DNA of 64,000 nt from Myxococcota bacterium. GTDB taxonomy: Bacteria; Myxococcota; XYA12-FULL-58-9; JABJBS01. A program made the position numbers and the translations under genes. The notes under the pieces were generated by a model. The model made no database searches. It saw only the letters and a list, made by a program, of their open reading frames with translations, and was not told the origin of the DNA. The DNA is taken from the NCBI GenBank assembly GCA_036339465.1, contig JAYZAY010000061.1, positions 16,489 to 80,488 of the forward strand, given 5' to 3'. This document shows positions 49,961-60,029 of the stretch, piece after piece. Positions within the stretch are counted from its first letter, which is position 1. Each line of letters begins with the position of its first letter.

Positions 49961-51655
49961 ATGCCAAATGTTTCAAGCGTCTATCGCAATGTAAAAAGCC
50001 TCAGAACTGCCATCAAAGACGTCACACGATTACGACAAATTGTACTCATCTTGGTTAAACATGGTTTTGGGGCCGTGGTAACCAAACTCGGGCTAGGTGA
50101 CATAGTAGGCCTACGCTCTACTCAGATCAAAGCCAATAAAGATGAAGAAAAGCTCACTTTTGCTGTCCGAATAAGATTGTCCATTGAAGAACTCGGCCCA
50201 ACTTTCATCAAACTGGGACAAATCCTCTCCACGCGCCCAGACCTCGTGCCACCAGACATCATCCTAGAACTCCAAAAACTCCAGGATGATGTTCCCCCCA
50301 TGGACAAAGAAGATGTTTTTAACCAAGTTCGGGACGAACTTGGAGAAAACGCCGACGAAATCTACAAATACTTTGCCGACGAGCCGCTCGCCTGCGCATC
50401 CGTGGCTCAAGTCCACCGCGCCATACTCAAAGACGACGTAGAAGTCGTGGTAAAGGTGAAGCGCAGAAACGTCGATGGAACCATTGATAGCGATCTGAAT
50501 ATCCTCCATTTCTTGGCACAACAAAGCGAACAACTCATTCCTGAGCTACGCCTCATCAATCCAGTGGGCATCGTCAAGGAATTCGACCGCGCCATCCGAC
50601 AAGAGCTCGACTTCACCATCGAAAAAGGGAATATCGACCGGTTCACCAAAAATTTCGAAGATTTCGAAGGACTTCGAGCCCCACAAATTTATCCCGAGCT
50701 CTGCACCGTGGGAATTCTCACCATGGAATTCATCCAAGGAGTCAAAGTAACCCAAGCCCCCGAAAAAATGGGCACTGATCCCTATATCGTGGCACCCATC
50801 ATCATGAAAGCCCTTTTCAAGATGATGCTTAAGGACGGTTTACTCCACGGAGATCTCCACCCCGGAAATATTCTAATCACCAAAGACCACGAAATTATTC
50901 TCATCGACTTCGGTTTGTGTGGGAGACTTCTGCCTAAACAACGCGAAGATATTCTAGACCTACTCCTCGCCGTGGCCAAAGAAGACTACGAGCAAGTGGC
51001 AAAAACCATTTTCGATATGGGACTCAAAGTTCCCGGGGTGCATTACGACTTCCACGCATTCGAGCTAGACGTCATCGATGTCATGGAGCGCCATATCATG
51101 GGGAAAACCCTCGAAGCTATCGACGTCCAAGCATACTTCGCCGATCTCGTAGCCGGAGCCATTCGCCACCAAATTCGGATGCCTCCCAGCTATACCATGG
51201 TCTTTAAGGCTCTCATGACCGTGGAAGGGATTGGAAAAACCCTAGCCCCCAAAATTAACTTCTTGGACGAAACCCGACCCTTCGTCCAAGAAATGCTCAT
51301 GGAACGTTACAATCCCAGGCGCCTCCTCAAAGAAAGCTTCGATCTTGTAAGCAATACGACAAAGTTTGTTCGCAACCTGTCAGAACTGGGCCCCAAGGTC
51401 CTCAGGGATCTTGAAAATGGCCAATTATCGATTCAATCTGAAGTAAGGGACCTCGACACAAAAACTTCCCAAATAACCCGAGAGTTAAGATTTCAATCTC
51501 GAGCCATTTTAACCGGCTCACTGCTGATAACGGGCGCCAATATCACCGACATCGAAATAAGTCGCTGGATAGGCGTGCCCATCTTTAGCATCGGTGCCTT
51601 CATTTTAGGCGGCATTCTAGGCATACCACTTTTCTTGAAGCTATTGAGAAATTGA
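49961..51655 (+). CDS. ubiB: ABC1/UbiB/AarF family atypical kinase
   Basis: ELGPTFIKLGQILSTRPDL, PLACASVAQVHRA, VVVKV, HGDLHPGN, IDFG and C-terminal TMs; ATG at 49961. Confidence 0.88.
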   Translation: MPNVSSVYRNVKSLRTAIKDVTRLRQIVLILVKHGFGAVVTKLGLGDIVGLRSTQIKANKDEEKLTFAVRIRLSIEELGPTFIKLGQILSTRPDLVPPDIILELQKLQDDVPPMDKEDVFNQVRDELGENADEIYKYFADEPLACASVAQVHRAILKDDVEVVVKVKRRNVDGTIDSDLNILHFLAQQSEQLIPELRLINPVGIVKEFDRAIRQELDFTIEKGNIDRFTKNFEDFEGLRAPQIYPELCTVGILTMEFIQGVKVTQAPEKMGTDPYIVAPIIMKALFKMMLKDGLLHGDLHPGNILITKDHEIILIDFGLCGRLLPKQREDILDLLLAVAKEDYEQVAKTIFDMGLKVPGVHYDFHAFELDVIDVMERHIMGKTLEAIDVQAYFADLVAGAIRHQIRMPPSYTMVFKALMTVEGIGKTLAPKINFLDETRPFVQEMLMERYNPRRLLKESFDLVSNTTKFVRNLSELGPKVLRDLENGQLSIQSEVRDLDTKTSQITRELRFQSRAILTGSLLITGANITDIEISRWIGVPIFSIGAFILGGILGIPLFLKLLRN

Positions 51656-51661
51656 GAGTTA

Positions 51662-52864
51662 TTGAGTAGCTGGTTCGTTCCCATGATTTCTGAATCAAAT
51701 AGCCTACGCACCTTCAACCTTCTTTACTTCGTCTATTTCGCCTCATTGGGCGCCTTTTACCCCTTCATTTCAATTTTCTTCAAAGCACGGGGTTTTTCAG
51801 CCAGTCAATGTGGGCTACTTCTTGCCGTTCTACCCATCTCTAAAATAATCATCCCCCCCCTACTTGGTTTCCTCGCTGACCAATCCAACACCCGTAAGAC
51901 ACTACTCGCTACCTTTCTCTTACTCAGTGTCCTCACCATGCTGATGCTCTTACCTAGCCTCGACTTCCGCTGGACCTTCATCATCATGACTCTCTTCGCC
52001 TTTTCGAGGGCACCCGTCATTGCTTTCATGGACTCCTTTACCCATGAATATCTCGGAGAACAAAACGAAATTTTCGGTAAAATACGAAGATGGGGCTCCG
52101 TCGGCTTCCTGTTTGCCTCTTCCCTATTTGGCTGGGCTTTCGCTGAGTGGACCGAAGACTCATTGATTGTTGGCGCCTCCGTGCTCTTGTTCGCGTGTTA
52201 TTGGCTAACCCGTTTCAAACTCCCAGATGCACCCTCTCAAACCCATGCCCAAGAAAACTCAACCCACAAGCAGGCCCTTAAGAGATTCCTTATTTCGCCA
52301 ATCACTCCCCCATTGTTGATTGGATTGGCCATTTATTACATGGCGCATTCGATGTTTGACGCCTACTTCAGCTGGCACTTAATCGACCTGGGCTACTCAG
52401 AAACCTGGATCGGTGTTGGCTGGAGTATCGGAGTCTTTGCCGAAGTTCTTATCATGGGGATTTTTCATAAGCTTTTAAGGAAAGTCGCCCCCATGCACCT
52501 CCTTATATTTGCAGCCATCGTGTCTGCCCTTCGATGGTACGCCCTCGCCAATACCCATGATTTGGTGTGGATCCTGCTTTCACAACCCCTCCACGCCATA
52601 ACCTTCGGAATATTCTACTTAAGCTGTACCCATTGGCTCCAGCTCAAAGGAGTGCTGATTCGCTCCACAACCCAAAGCATCGGACTTTCCTGCATCGCCT
52701 TGGGAACCCTAGCGGGCTATCAGGTTGGAGGGCACCTTCTTCAACACCATTCAAGCACCTCGATGTTTCAACTGATGACCACATTGGCTCTCGGTGCCGG
52801 GCTTTTATTCTCGGTGGCCTTAGCTCTTGAGCGCCACCAGGAAAAGTTTGCCAAGACCCAGTAA
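51662..52864 (+). CDS. MFS transporter (MFS_1-like, HcaT/LacY-related)
   Basis: About 12 hydrophobic segments; GFLADQ, FGKIRRWGSVGF, AEV, QPLHAITFG. Confidence 0.88.
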   Translation: MSSWFVPMISESNSLRTFNLLYFVYFASLGAFYPFISIFFKARGFSASQCGLLLAVLPISKIIIPPLLGFLADQSNTRKTLLATFLLLSVLTMLMLLPSLDFRWTFIIMTLFAFSRAPVIAFMDSFTHEYLGEQNEIFGKIRRWGSVGFLFASSLFGWAFAEWTEDSLIVGASVLLFACYWLTRFKLPDAPSQTHAQENSTHKQALKRFLISPITPPLLIGLAIYYMAHSMFDAYFSWHLIDLGYSETWIGVGWSIGVFAEVLIMGIFHKLLRKVAPMHLLIFAAIVSALRWYALANTHDLVWILLSQPLHAITFGIFYLSCTHWLQLKGVLIRSTTQSIGLSCIALGTLAGYQVGGHLLQHHSSTSMFQLMTTLALGAGLLFSVALALERHQEKFAKTQ

Positions 52865-52900
52865 AATCCATATGGGAATCAATAACCTGAGGAAATATCC

Positions 52901-53467
52901 ATGATATTCATGGTCGATAATTACGATTCGTTTACCTACAATATCTTTCAACAACTCTCGGAAATCGGTGCCGAAGTTTTGGTGAAACGCAACGATGAAA
53001 TCACCGTCAAAGAAATCGCAGACCTCAATCCCTCCCATGTGGTCATATCACCGGGACCCGGAAATCCAGATCAAGCCGGCATTTCTATGGAAACCATTCA
53101 ATATTTTGCCGGGCGACTTCCCGTCCTTGGCGTCTGCCTAGGACATCAGTCTCTAGCCCAAGGCTACGGCGCAAAGATCGTGCGAGCGGCTCGACTCATG
53201 CACGGAAAAACATCAGCCATTCATCACCATGGAAACCACGTGTTCACCAAGCTCCCCAATCCTTTTGATGCAACTCGCTATCATTCGCTAATCGTTGAAA
53301 AATCGAGCTTACCCGATGACTTCGAAATCACAGCCTGGACCGACAAAGGCGAAATCATGGGATTACGCCACAAACCCTCGGGGGCAGAAGGGGTGCAATT
53401 CCATCCGGAATCGATTCTCACCACCTGGGGTAAAGACCTACTGGGAAACTTTACAAAATGCTCTTAG
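52901..53467 (+). CDS. trpG: Anthranilate synthase component II (glutamine amidotransferase)
   Basis: DNYDSFTYN, ISPGPG, GVCLGHQ, RYHSL, QFHPES. Confidence 0.95.
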   Translation: MIFMVDNYDSFTYNIFQQLSEIGAEVLVKRNDEITVKEIADLNPSHVVISPGPGNPDQAGISMETIQYFAGRLPVLGVCLGHQSLAQGYGAKIVRAARLMHGKTSAIHHHGNHVFTKLPNPFDATRYHSLIVEKSSLPDDFEITAWTDKGEIMGLRHKPSGAEGVQFHPESILTTWGKDLLGNFTKCS

Positions 53468-54498
53468 AACCCATCGAAAAATTGTTGCGCAACGAAGATC
53501 TCTCAAAAGCTGAAGTCTGCCATGCCGTTGGTGCCATCATGGATGGGGAATGTGCTCCAGAACAAATTGCCGCATTCCTAACCGCACTCAGAATGAAAGG
53601 TGAAAAGGTAGATGAAATCACTGGTGCTGCCGAAGCTATGCGTAGTCGGATGCAACCTGTCCAAATCAATGCCTCCCCTCTTCTCGATACCTGTGGAACA
53701 GGCGGAAGTGGAACCGGATCATTCAACATTTCTACCGCAACGGCATTCGTCCTCGCCAGCTGTGGAATTTCCGTCGCCAAACACGGCAATAAAGCCATCA
53801 GTTCAAAATCCGGAAGTGCCGACGTTCTCGGGGCACTTGGAGCAAATCTTAATTTGCCCCAGGAAGAAGTCGCGAAGATTGTTGAGCAATGTGGAATTGG
53901 TTTTCTTTTCGCTCCCAATCACCATCCCGCTATGAAACATGCCGGTCCCATACGAAAAGCATTGGGGTTCCGCACTCTTTTCAATGTACTAGGACCACTC
54001 ACAAATCCCGCTGGGGCACGCTACCAACTCATGGGCGTCTATGCCCGAAATCTGCTTACGCCCATCGCCCAAGTATTGGGCAACCTTGGTGCCAAAAGCG
54101 CTTGGGTGGTCTACGGAGAAGATGGCGTTGATGAAATCACCCTCTCCGGAAAAACATTTGCAGCTGCTTGGGATGGAGAAAAAGTTAACGAATTTGAGAT
54201 AAACCCCCAGGAATTGGGACTTGAACTCTGTTCACCAGAAGCACTTCGTGGCGCAAGCCCCCAAGAAAATGCCCTAAGGATGAAAGATATTCTTATGGGT
54301 AAAGAGCGCAGCCATCTCACCAAGGCAATCTGCCTCAATGCTGCCGGTGCGCTGGTGGTTTCCGAGAAATGTAAAACACTTAAAACCGCATTCGAAATGG
54401 CCGAAAACGAAATCCAGAGTGGAAAGCCGTGGTCTAAAATGTGTGAATTTATAGAGTTGGCTGAACAATCGAAAACTAAGATCACACCAAAAGAGTAA
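53458..54498 (+). CDS. trpD: Anthranilate phosphoribosyltransferase
   Basis: DTCGTGG, FNIST, KHGNKAISSKSGSADVL, RTLFNVLGPLTNP, DEIT. Confidence 0.96.
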   Translation: MLLEPIEKLLRNEDLSKAEVCHAVGAIMDGECAPEQIAAFLTALRMKGEKVDEITGAAEAMRSRMQPVQINASPLLDTCGTGGSGTGSFNISTATAFVLASCGISVAKHGNKAISSKSGSADVLGALGANLNLPQEEVAKIVEQCGIGFLFAPNHHPAMKHAGPIRKALGFRTLFNVLGPLTNPAGARYQLMGVYARNLLTPIAQVLGNLGAKSAWVVYGEDGVDEITLSGKTFAAAWDGEKVNEFEINPQELGLELCSPEALRGASPQENALRMKDILMGKERSHLTKAICLNAAGALVVSEKCKTLKTAFEMAENEIQSGKPWSKMCEFIELAEQSKTKITPKE

Positions 54499-54655
54499 CC
54501 GTTCGATGCTCGGGCTCGTCGGTTACCTCGCTCTCTCTATCCCTTTGCTCGTCAGGATGAACGGGGAGCTCTAGACGCGGCCTGTTGCCCGCTTCCAACT
54601 CCTTTTTGCGGCGCTCACGTCGCTTAAGTTCCTCGATGATGAACGCATCTAGCAT
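54482..54655 (-). CDS. Small hypothetical protein (57 aa)
   Basis: Strong GGAGGT RBS before ATG 54655; MLDAFIIEELKRRERR...RPRLELPV resembles small proteins I recall from myxobacteria. Confidence 0.7.
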   Translation of the reverse strand: MLDAFIIEELKRRERRKKELEAGNRPRLELPVHPDEQRDRESEVTDEPEHRTVTLLV

Positions 54656-54796
54656 GGCAACCTCCAGGTACTCACTTATAATGTTCCCATTACCCAGTTC
54701 CTCTTTCAACCATATTTTAATGAAGTTACCAATTCATCTCACGGGCTAGCCGCAGTACACGGCAACCGACAAACAACACATAAGTCACTTATATTG

Positions 54797-55231
54797 TTAG
54801 AGTATTGATTCAACTCGAAGGCGAAATTCCTCGAGAGTTCGCGGTAATGCGAGTGTCGTAATCCGATCGTGAATCGACTGGGGCAAGCGTCCCTGGAACT
54901 CAACCTCCAATTCATAGCGAATTTCCGTTTCTTGGTCATTCAAAACACGAAGATGCCAAGCGCCCTGATTCACCAACATATTCTCAGACTTTCGAAGTTT
55001 CCATACCAAACGGTGGGGTAGATCCTCTTCCATCAACAACTGATATTCAAGCCGCATGATCAATTCCAGTTGGAACCTGACCAAAGTTTCCTTATCACTC
55101 AACTTCTCAATAATTTCGACATCGGACATCGAGCTCAAAAACTCCGGATAGCTCTCGTAGTCGGTAATAACAGAGATGACCTTCTCAAGGGGTGCCTTAA
55201 ATATCCTAACCTCTTCTACCTTCAGCATCAT
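54797..55231 (-). CDS. SRPBCC/START-fold protein (polyketide cyclase / Coq10-RatA-like)
   Basis: APLEKVISVITDYESYPEFL and NQGAW motifs. Confidence 0.85.
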   Translation of the reverse strand: MMLKVEEVRIFKAPLEKVISVITDYESYPEFLSSMSDVEIIEKLSDKETLVRFQLELIMRLEYQLLMEEDLPHRLVWKLRKSENMLVNQGAWHLRVLNDQETEIRYELEVEFQGRLPQSIHDRITTLALPRTLEEFRLRVESIL

Positions 55232-55284
55232 TTAAACGTACCACCGAAATTTAATGAATACGAGACCCAATTTTATCCAGGTCC

Positions 55285-56586
55285 CTAGCCTTGCTCCGAA
55301 TAAATTCTCAAAACACAAGGCATATGCCCCTTCATGGTGACGCGCTTCAGAGCGCCCAATGCCAACTTCATGTCACCAAATCGAGCTGGGTGGGTCGTCA
55401 ATACTATTTCTACCCCATCTTGATTCAATTCAGGCTCTTCCTGATTCAAAGTCGCAATACTGATGCCTTCTTTAGCAAGAATCCCCGCTAAAGAAGCGAG
55501 CACCCCGGGTTTTTCACGAACCAATAATCGAATATAAAAGGCAGCTCGCGCTTCATTGCCATCCCCAAAGAACTCGCCTGGAAGCACCTCCGGCAATGTC
55601 ACCACTCCATTTGCACCAGATCTCAGAGCACGCGCCACCTCAATAATATCGGCAACCACAGCACTGCCCGTAGCCGCTGCGCCAGCACCCAGCCCTTGAT
55701 AAACGGTTTGCCCCAAAGAACGACTGCCCACAAAAATCGCATTTTGCGCCCCGGGTATGGTGCTCAACTGATGCCCCACAGCAACAAACTGGGGAGCCAC
55801 CGAACCTTGTATTTCGCCTCCACGACCGCGCAGCGCTTCGGCTACCAGCTTAACCCGATAACCCATCCGCTCAGCATCTTGAAAAACTTCGACGGGCAGG
55901 TTTGTAATCCCTTGAGTCTCGATTCGATTGGGTTTTACAGAAACCCCAAATCCCAATCGCATCAAAATAGCGAGTTTATCCGCCGCATCATTTCCTTCGA
56001 CATCTAAGGTGGGGTCCGCCTCCGCGTAACCCTTCTCCTGTGCTTCCTTTAGAGCAACTTCGTAGGATCGGCCGTGAGCCATGGCTTGCAGCATATAATT
56101 CGTCGTACCATTCAAGATTCCTCGTATCGAGGTTACTTGATCCGAAACCAAAGCATTTCGTAAGGTTCGGACAATGGGGATTCCACCTGCAACGGAAGCT
56201 TCAAATTGTACATCAACGCCGCGATCTCTGGCTAGTTTGAAAATACGATCCGCAGAGGCCGCAATCACCGCTTTATTCGCCGTAACAATGGGCTGCCCTC
56301 CTTTCAACGCCTTCAGAATCAAATCTGTAGCTGGTTTCTTCCCACCCATAACCTCCACTACAATATCAACATCGGAAGCACCCACCACCTGCTCAAAACA
56401 AGTCGTTAACTGAACATGCTTGGGGATGTTACGTTTCCGCGTCGTGTCTCTTACCACAGCCCTAACAATTTCTAGAGGACCTCCAGCCCGCGCCTCAATC
56501 CGGTCTCTATTCTCGTCTATAATCGATACCGCACTCTGGCCAACCGTACCAAGACCCAACAACCCGATTCTAATCGCGTTAGACAT
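55285..56586 (-). CDS. hom: Homoserine dehydrogenase with C-terminal ACT domain
   Basis: GLLGLGTVG, VTANK, FEASVAGGIP, GILNGTTNY, GYAEADPTLDVEG; ACT motif KPGVLA. Confidence 0.96.
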   Translation of the reverse strand: MSNAIRIGLLGLGTVGQSAVSIIDENRDRIEARAGGPLEIVRAVVRDTTRKRNIPKHVQLTTCFEQVVGASDVDIVVEVMGGKKPATDLILKALKGGQPIVTANKAVIAASADRIFKLARDRGVDVQFEASVAGGIPIVRTLRNALVSDQVTSIRGILNGTTNYMLQAMAHGRSYEVALKEAQEKGYAEADPTLDVEGNDAADKLAILMRLGFGVSVKPNRIETQGITNLPVEVFQDAERMGYRVKLVAEALRGRGGEIQGSVAPQFVAVGHQLSTIPGAQNAIFVGSRSLGQTVYQGLGAGAAATGSAVVADIIEVARALRSGANGVVTLPEVLPGEFFGDGNEARAAFYIRLLVREKPGVLASLAGILAKEGISIATLNQEEPELNQDGVEIVLTTHPARFGDMKLALGALKRVTMKGHMPCVLRIYSEQG

Positions 56587-56606
56587 ACCACAATCCTCTT
56601 TCTAAC

Positions 56607-59180
56607 TCAGGCAACATGCACGGGGGTCACACTAAAACTTTGAAGCACCGTAAGCAAGCGACGGATTTCAACGAATTCAGCTCCCTTGAGCTTTGGGTTG
56701 GTTCCCAGAATACCCTGCGCATCTAAACGCGCTTCCTCCAATATTTTGGCATCCCTTGCCAGATTCGCAATGGTTAACATGGGCAAACCAGCCTGTCGCG
56801 TTCCGAGAAAATCTCCTGGACCCCGAATCGCTAGGTCTTCTTCCGCAACCTTAAACCCATCATTGGTTTTTTCCATAATCGCCAAGCGACGAAGTGCGTC
56901 TTCGGTTTGCTTTCCCTTGGTCACCAGATAGCAGTGACTCTGGTGTTTTCCCCTTCCTACTCTTCCGCGAAGCTGATGCAACTGACTCAGACCAAATCGC
57001 TCCGCATGCTCAACCACAATACTCGTCGAATTAGGCACGTCAATACCCACCTCCACCACAGTTGTCGCCACCAATACCTGTATCTCATTTTGGGAAAACC
57101 TACGCATGGCACGATCTTTTTCGTCGGAAGTCATCTTACCGTGTAAAAGTCCCACTTCAAATTCATGAAGCCACCCCCCAGAAAGCTCCTCGGCGGTCGA
57201 AACAGCATCCCGCAAATCAACAACGCCTTCTTTATCCGACTCAGTAACCAAGGGTAAAACCACATAAGCCTGCCGACCGGCCCTAAGACTCTCAGCCACA
57301 TTTTCGTAAACCCTCTTTCGTTCCCGTTCACGAAAAACATTTGTCAAAACGGGTTTACGTCCAGGGGGGAGTTCGTCAATGACCGACGTATCTAAATCAC
57401 CATAAACCGTAAGGGCCAAGGTTCGAGGAATGGGCGTCGCTGTCATCACCATCATATGGGGAATATTTCCAAAATCGTCAGTCCCCATCTTAAGTAATTG
57501 AGCACGTTGCAACACCCCAAATCGATGTTGCTCATCGACAATGGCCAATCCCAATTGCCTGAAAACAACACTTTCTTGAATGAGTGCATGGGTGCCAATC
57601 ACAACTTGAACATTTCCAGACTCAAGCCCCCCTAAAACCTCCCTGCGTTCTACCTGAGACATACTCCCCGTTAACAACGCCACCCTTAGACCAAGCAGCG
57701 GCAAGATCTTTAATGCCTCTTTTGAGTGCTGCTCGGCCAATAACTCCGTCGGAGCCATAAAGGCAACCTGGTAACCGCTCGAAGCCACGCTGGCAGCCGC
57801 CACCAAAGCAACAGCGGTTTTCCCGCTCCCAACGTCACCTTGCACCAGCCGGTGCATCGGCTGCGGCGTTTGAAGATCCTTAAAAATAACATCGAGTACC
57901 GTCGATTGTGCGCCCGTCAATTTGAAAGGAAACATCTTCTTTGCAAGCGGCCCGGGTCGACTCGATTCCGGAGAAATCGTAAGGGCCGAATCCGTCACCG
58001 TCTTTCGTTGCAAAACCATGAGCTGAAGGATGAATAGCTCTTCATAAATGAGGCGTCGGTGCCAAGGCGTCTTAAAATCGAGAAACTCTTCAAACACTGC
58101 CTCCTCACCCGGCTCATGGAGATGCCGCAGTGACTCTGCGATACCGGGCAAGCCACGTGAGGAGCGTATTGCTTCGGGCAAGCTTTCGGGTATCAAATCA
58201 ACAATCTCAAGAGCCGTCTTCATAATTTTTCGAAATCGCGTAGGTTTAATGGTCTCAACATCCAAATAAGCGGGCACCAGTGAAGACTCCTGAGCAAAGG
58301 CTTCTTCTCCCTGCATCGTCGCGTCAAAACTTACTTCCGGATGAACAATCTGACGGCGCCCCTTAAAACGCTTGACCGCCCCACTCACCCTTAAAAAGGT
58401 GCCTTTCTCAAATCGCTCCCGAAATTGGTGGTATGGATAACGAAACCAAACCAGCCAGAGAGTCCCCGTGCCATCCGTTAGTGCCACTGTCAGCCTACTT
58501 CTTCCTCGAAATCGCTGCTCGGCCACGGAATGAACTTCACCTTCAACGGTGGCAGTCACACCCTCACGGATTTCCGCAATACTCGGCACTCGCTCCCGGT
58601 GCTCATATCTTCGAGGCAAGAAACGTAATAGAGCATCTACGGTTTCAATATTGCGCGTCGCTAAATGCTCAGCGGTTTTAGGACCAACCCCGGGTAGATA
58701 TTGGACCGCCGTACTCGGCTCTAAGGAAGTCTTCGGCTTTCGCCCTTGGGACAATGCCCCCCCTCCCGACACTCGGCGTGAAGAAGCAGTATTTGAGAGA
58801 GTCGATAGCGTTTTAATTTTGGGTTCAGCATTGGTTTGAGATGCAATGACGGACGCCGAATGCCCTTCATCCGACCGTAACTTCCCTCGAATCACCTCCA
58901 CCCACTTCAAACAATCCCTTAAACCCGACAACCGTTGTTCGGACGTACCATTTGCATCGGGCACACAAGCCAAGAGGGCCTTCAAATTGGAACCATAGGT
59001 CTCGTGCCCACAGGCATGTTCGATGGCATGGCCAATCTGGCTCTTAAGAGTCGTTTCAAGATTCTTAACCCGGGACAGACTTCTACCGCTTTGTCTTAAG
59101 GCGAATAGAATCGGCTTTTCCACGCGGTCTAAAACAAGACAGAGCTCAGATTGTAGGCTGGAATCGGCTTGGAGAACCAT
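56607..59180 (-). CDS. recG: ATP-dependent DNA helicase RecG (long N-terminal extension)
   Basis: LPGVGPK wedge/OB region, QGDVGSGKT, APTELLAEQH, DEQHRFG, MTATPIPRTL, QLHQLRGRVGRG, RGPGDFLGTRQAG. Confidence 0.96.
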   Translation of the reverse strand: MVLQADSSLQSELCLVLDRVEKPILFALRQSGRSLSRVKNLETTLKSQIGHAIEHACGHETYGSNLKALLACVPDANGTSEQRLSGLRDCLKWVEVIRGKLRSDEGHSASVIASQTNAEPKIKTLSTLSNTASSRRVSGGGALSQGRKPKTSLEPSTAVQYLPGVGPKTAEHLATRNIETVDALLRFLPRRYEHRERVPSIAEIREGVTATVEGEVHSVAEQRFRGRSRLTVALTDGTGTLWLVWFRYPYHQFRERFEKGTFLRVSGAVKRFKGRRQIVHPEVSFDATMQGEEAFAQESSLVPAYLDVETIKPTRFRKIMKTALEIVDLIPESLPEAIRSSRGLPGIAESLRHLHEPGEEAVFEEFLDFKTPWHRRLIYEELFILQLMVLQRKTVTDSALTISPESSRPGPLAKKMFPFKLTGAQSTVLDVIFKDLQTPQPMHRLVQGDVGSGKTAVALVAAASVASSGYQVAFMAPTELLAEQHSKEALKILPLLGLRVALLTGSMSQVERREVLGGLESGNVQVVIGTHALIQESVVFRQLGLAIVDEQHRFGVLQRAQLLKMGTDDFGNIPHMMVMTATPIPRTLALTVYGDLDTSVIDELPPGRKPVLTNVFRERERKRVYENVAESLRAGRQAYVVLPLVTESDKEGVVDLRDAVSTAEELSGGWLHEFEVGLLHGKMTSDEKDRAMRRFSQNEIQVLVATTVVEVGIDVPNSTSIVVEHAERFGLSQLHQLRGRVGRGKHQSHCYLVTKGKQTEDALRRLAIMEKTNDGFKVAEEDLAIRGPGDFLGTRQAGLPMLTIANLARDAKILEEARLDAQGILGTNPKLKGAEFVEIRRLLTVLQSFSVTPVHVA

Positions 59181-59185
59181 CGCCG

Positions 59186-59665
59186 CTATTTAAACTCCAC
59201 TTCGGAAATTTCTACCAGCTTGGGGCCCCCCTTACTCGGGATCCTTACTTCGTCACCTACCTCTTTACTAATCAAGGCCCGGGCCAAAGGAGACACCACA
59301 GATATCCGCCCATTTTCGATATCAATTTCATTCTCACCCACTATCTGGAAGACTCTTTGGTTGCCGGAATCGATTTCTTCGATGGTTACCGTCGCTCCAA
59401 AGACAACCCTCTCACCAGATAAACCCTTAGGGTCAATGACTGTGGCCCGAGAAACCTTGTTTTCAAGATCTCGAATCTTAGCTTCAATCATACCCTGCTT
59501 ATCTTTCGCCGAATGATATTCGAAATTCTCACTCAAATCACCAAGCTCGATAGCCGCCCCAATCTCAGAACTAATCTTGGGCCTTTCAACTCTCTTAAGG
59601 TGACTCAGTTCTTCTTTTAGCTTTTCATACCCCTTTGGGGTCACTGGAAATGTGGTACTCGTCAT
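59186..59665 (-). CDS. greA: Transcription elongation factor GreA
   Basis: GDLSENFEY, ISVVSPLARALI; start at ATG 59665. Confidence 0.95.
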   Translation of the reverse strand: MTSTTFPVTPKGYEKLKEELSHLKRVERPKISSEIGAAIELGDLSENFEYHSAKDKQGMIEAKIRDLENKVSRATVIDPKGLSGERVVFGATVTIEEIDSGNQRVFQIVGENEIDIENGRISVVSPLARALISKEVGDEVRIPSKGGPKLVEISEVEFK

Positions 59666-60029
59666 AGTGCCCGCCTTTTTATTCGAGAGCCAAGTGAAGT
59701 TCAACCAACTCTGCTGCATAGAATAGATATTTCGTACATAAACCCGGTTAACAGTGCCCTTGAGCATCACCGCCGAGGCATTCGCCGTGAATAAATCAAT
59801 AATAAAATCGAGAAATTACAAAACTCCCCATTCAAAAAAACGAACCTAGGGTTTCACCCAAGCCCTGTCGGCAGAAACCGAAAAATGCTTAATACCATGC
59901 GATATCTGCAAATTATCTAAGCGGACGGGTTAGCAACAGTCTGGAACCTTTTTGCCATGAACCATCACCTCACCAATTTCCTAGTGTCTTGCTGGCTTTG
60001 GCATCAAGCTCATTGCGACACCCAAGCCC

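Noticed and set aside
59941..59956. Sigma54 promoter (CTGGAACCTTTTTGC), and a similar near-match upstream of the BMC operon
   Set aside because: GG-GC spacing is 9 (or 11) instead of the strict 10 nt.
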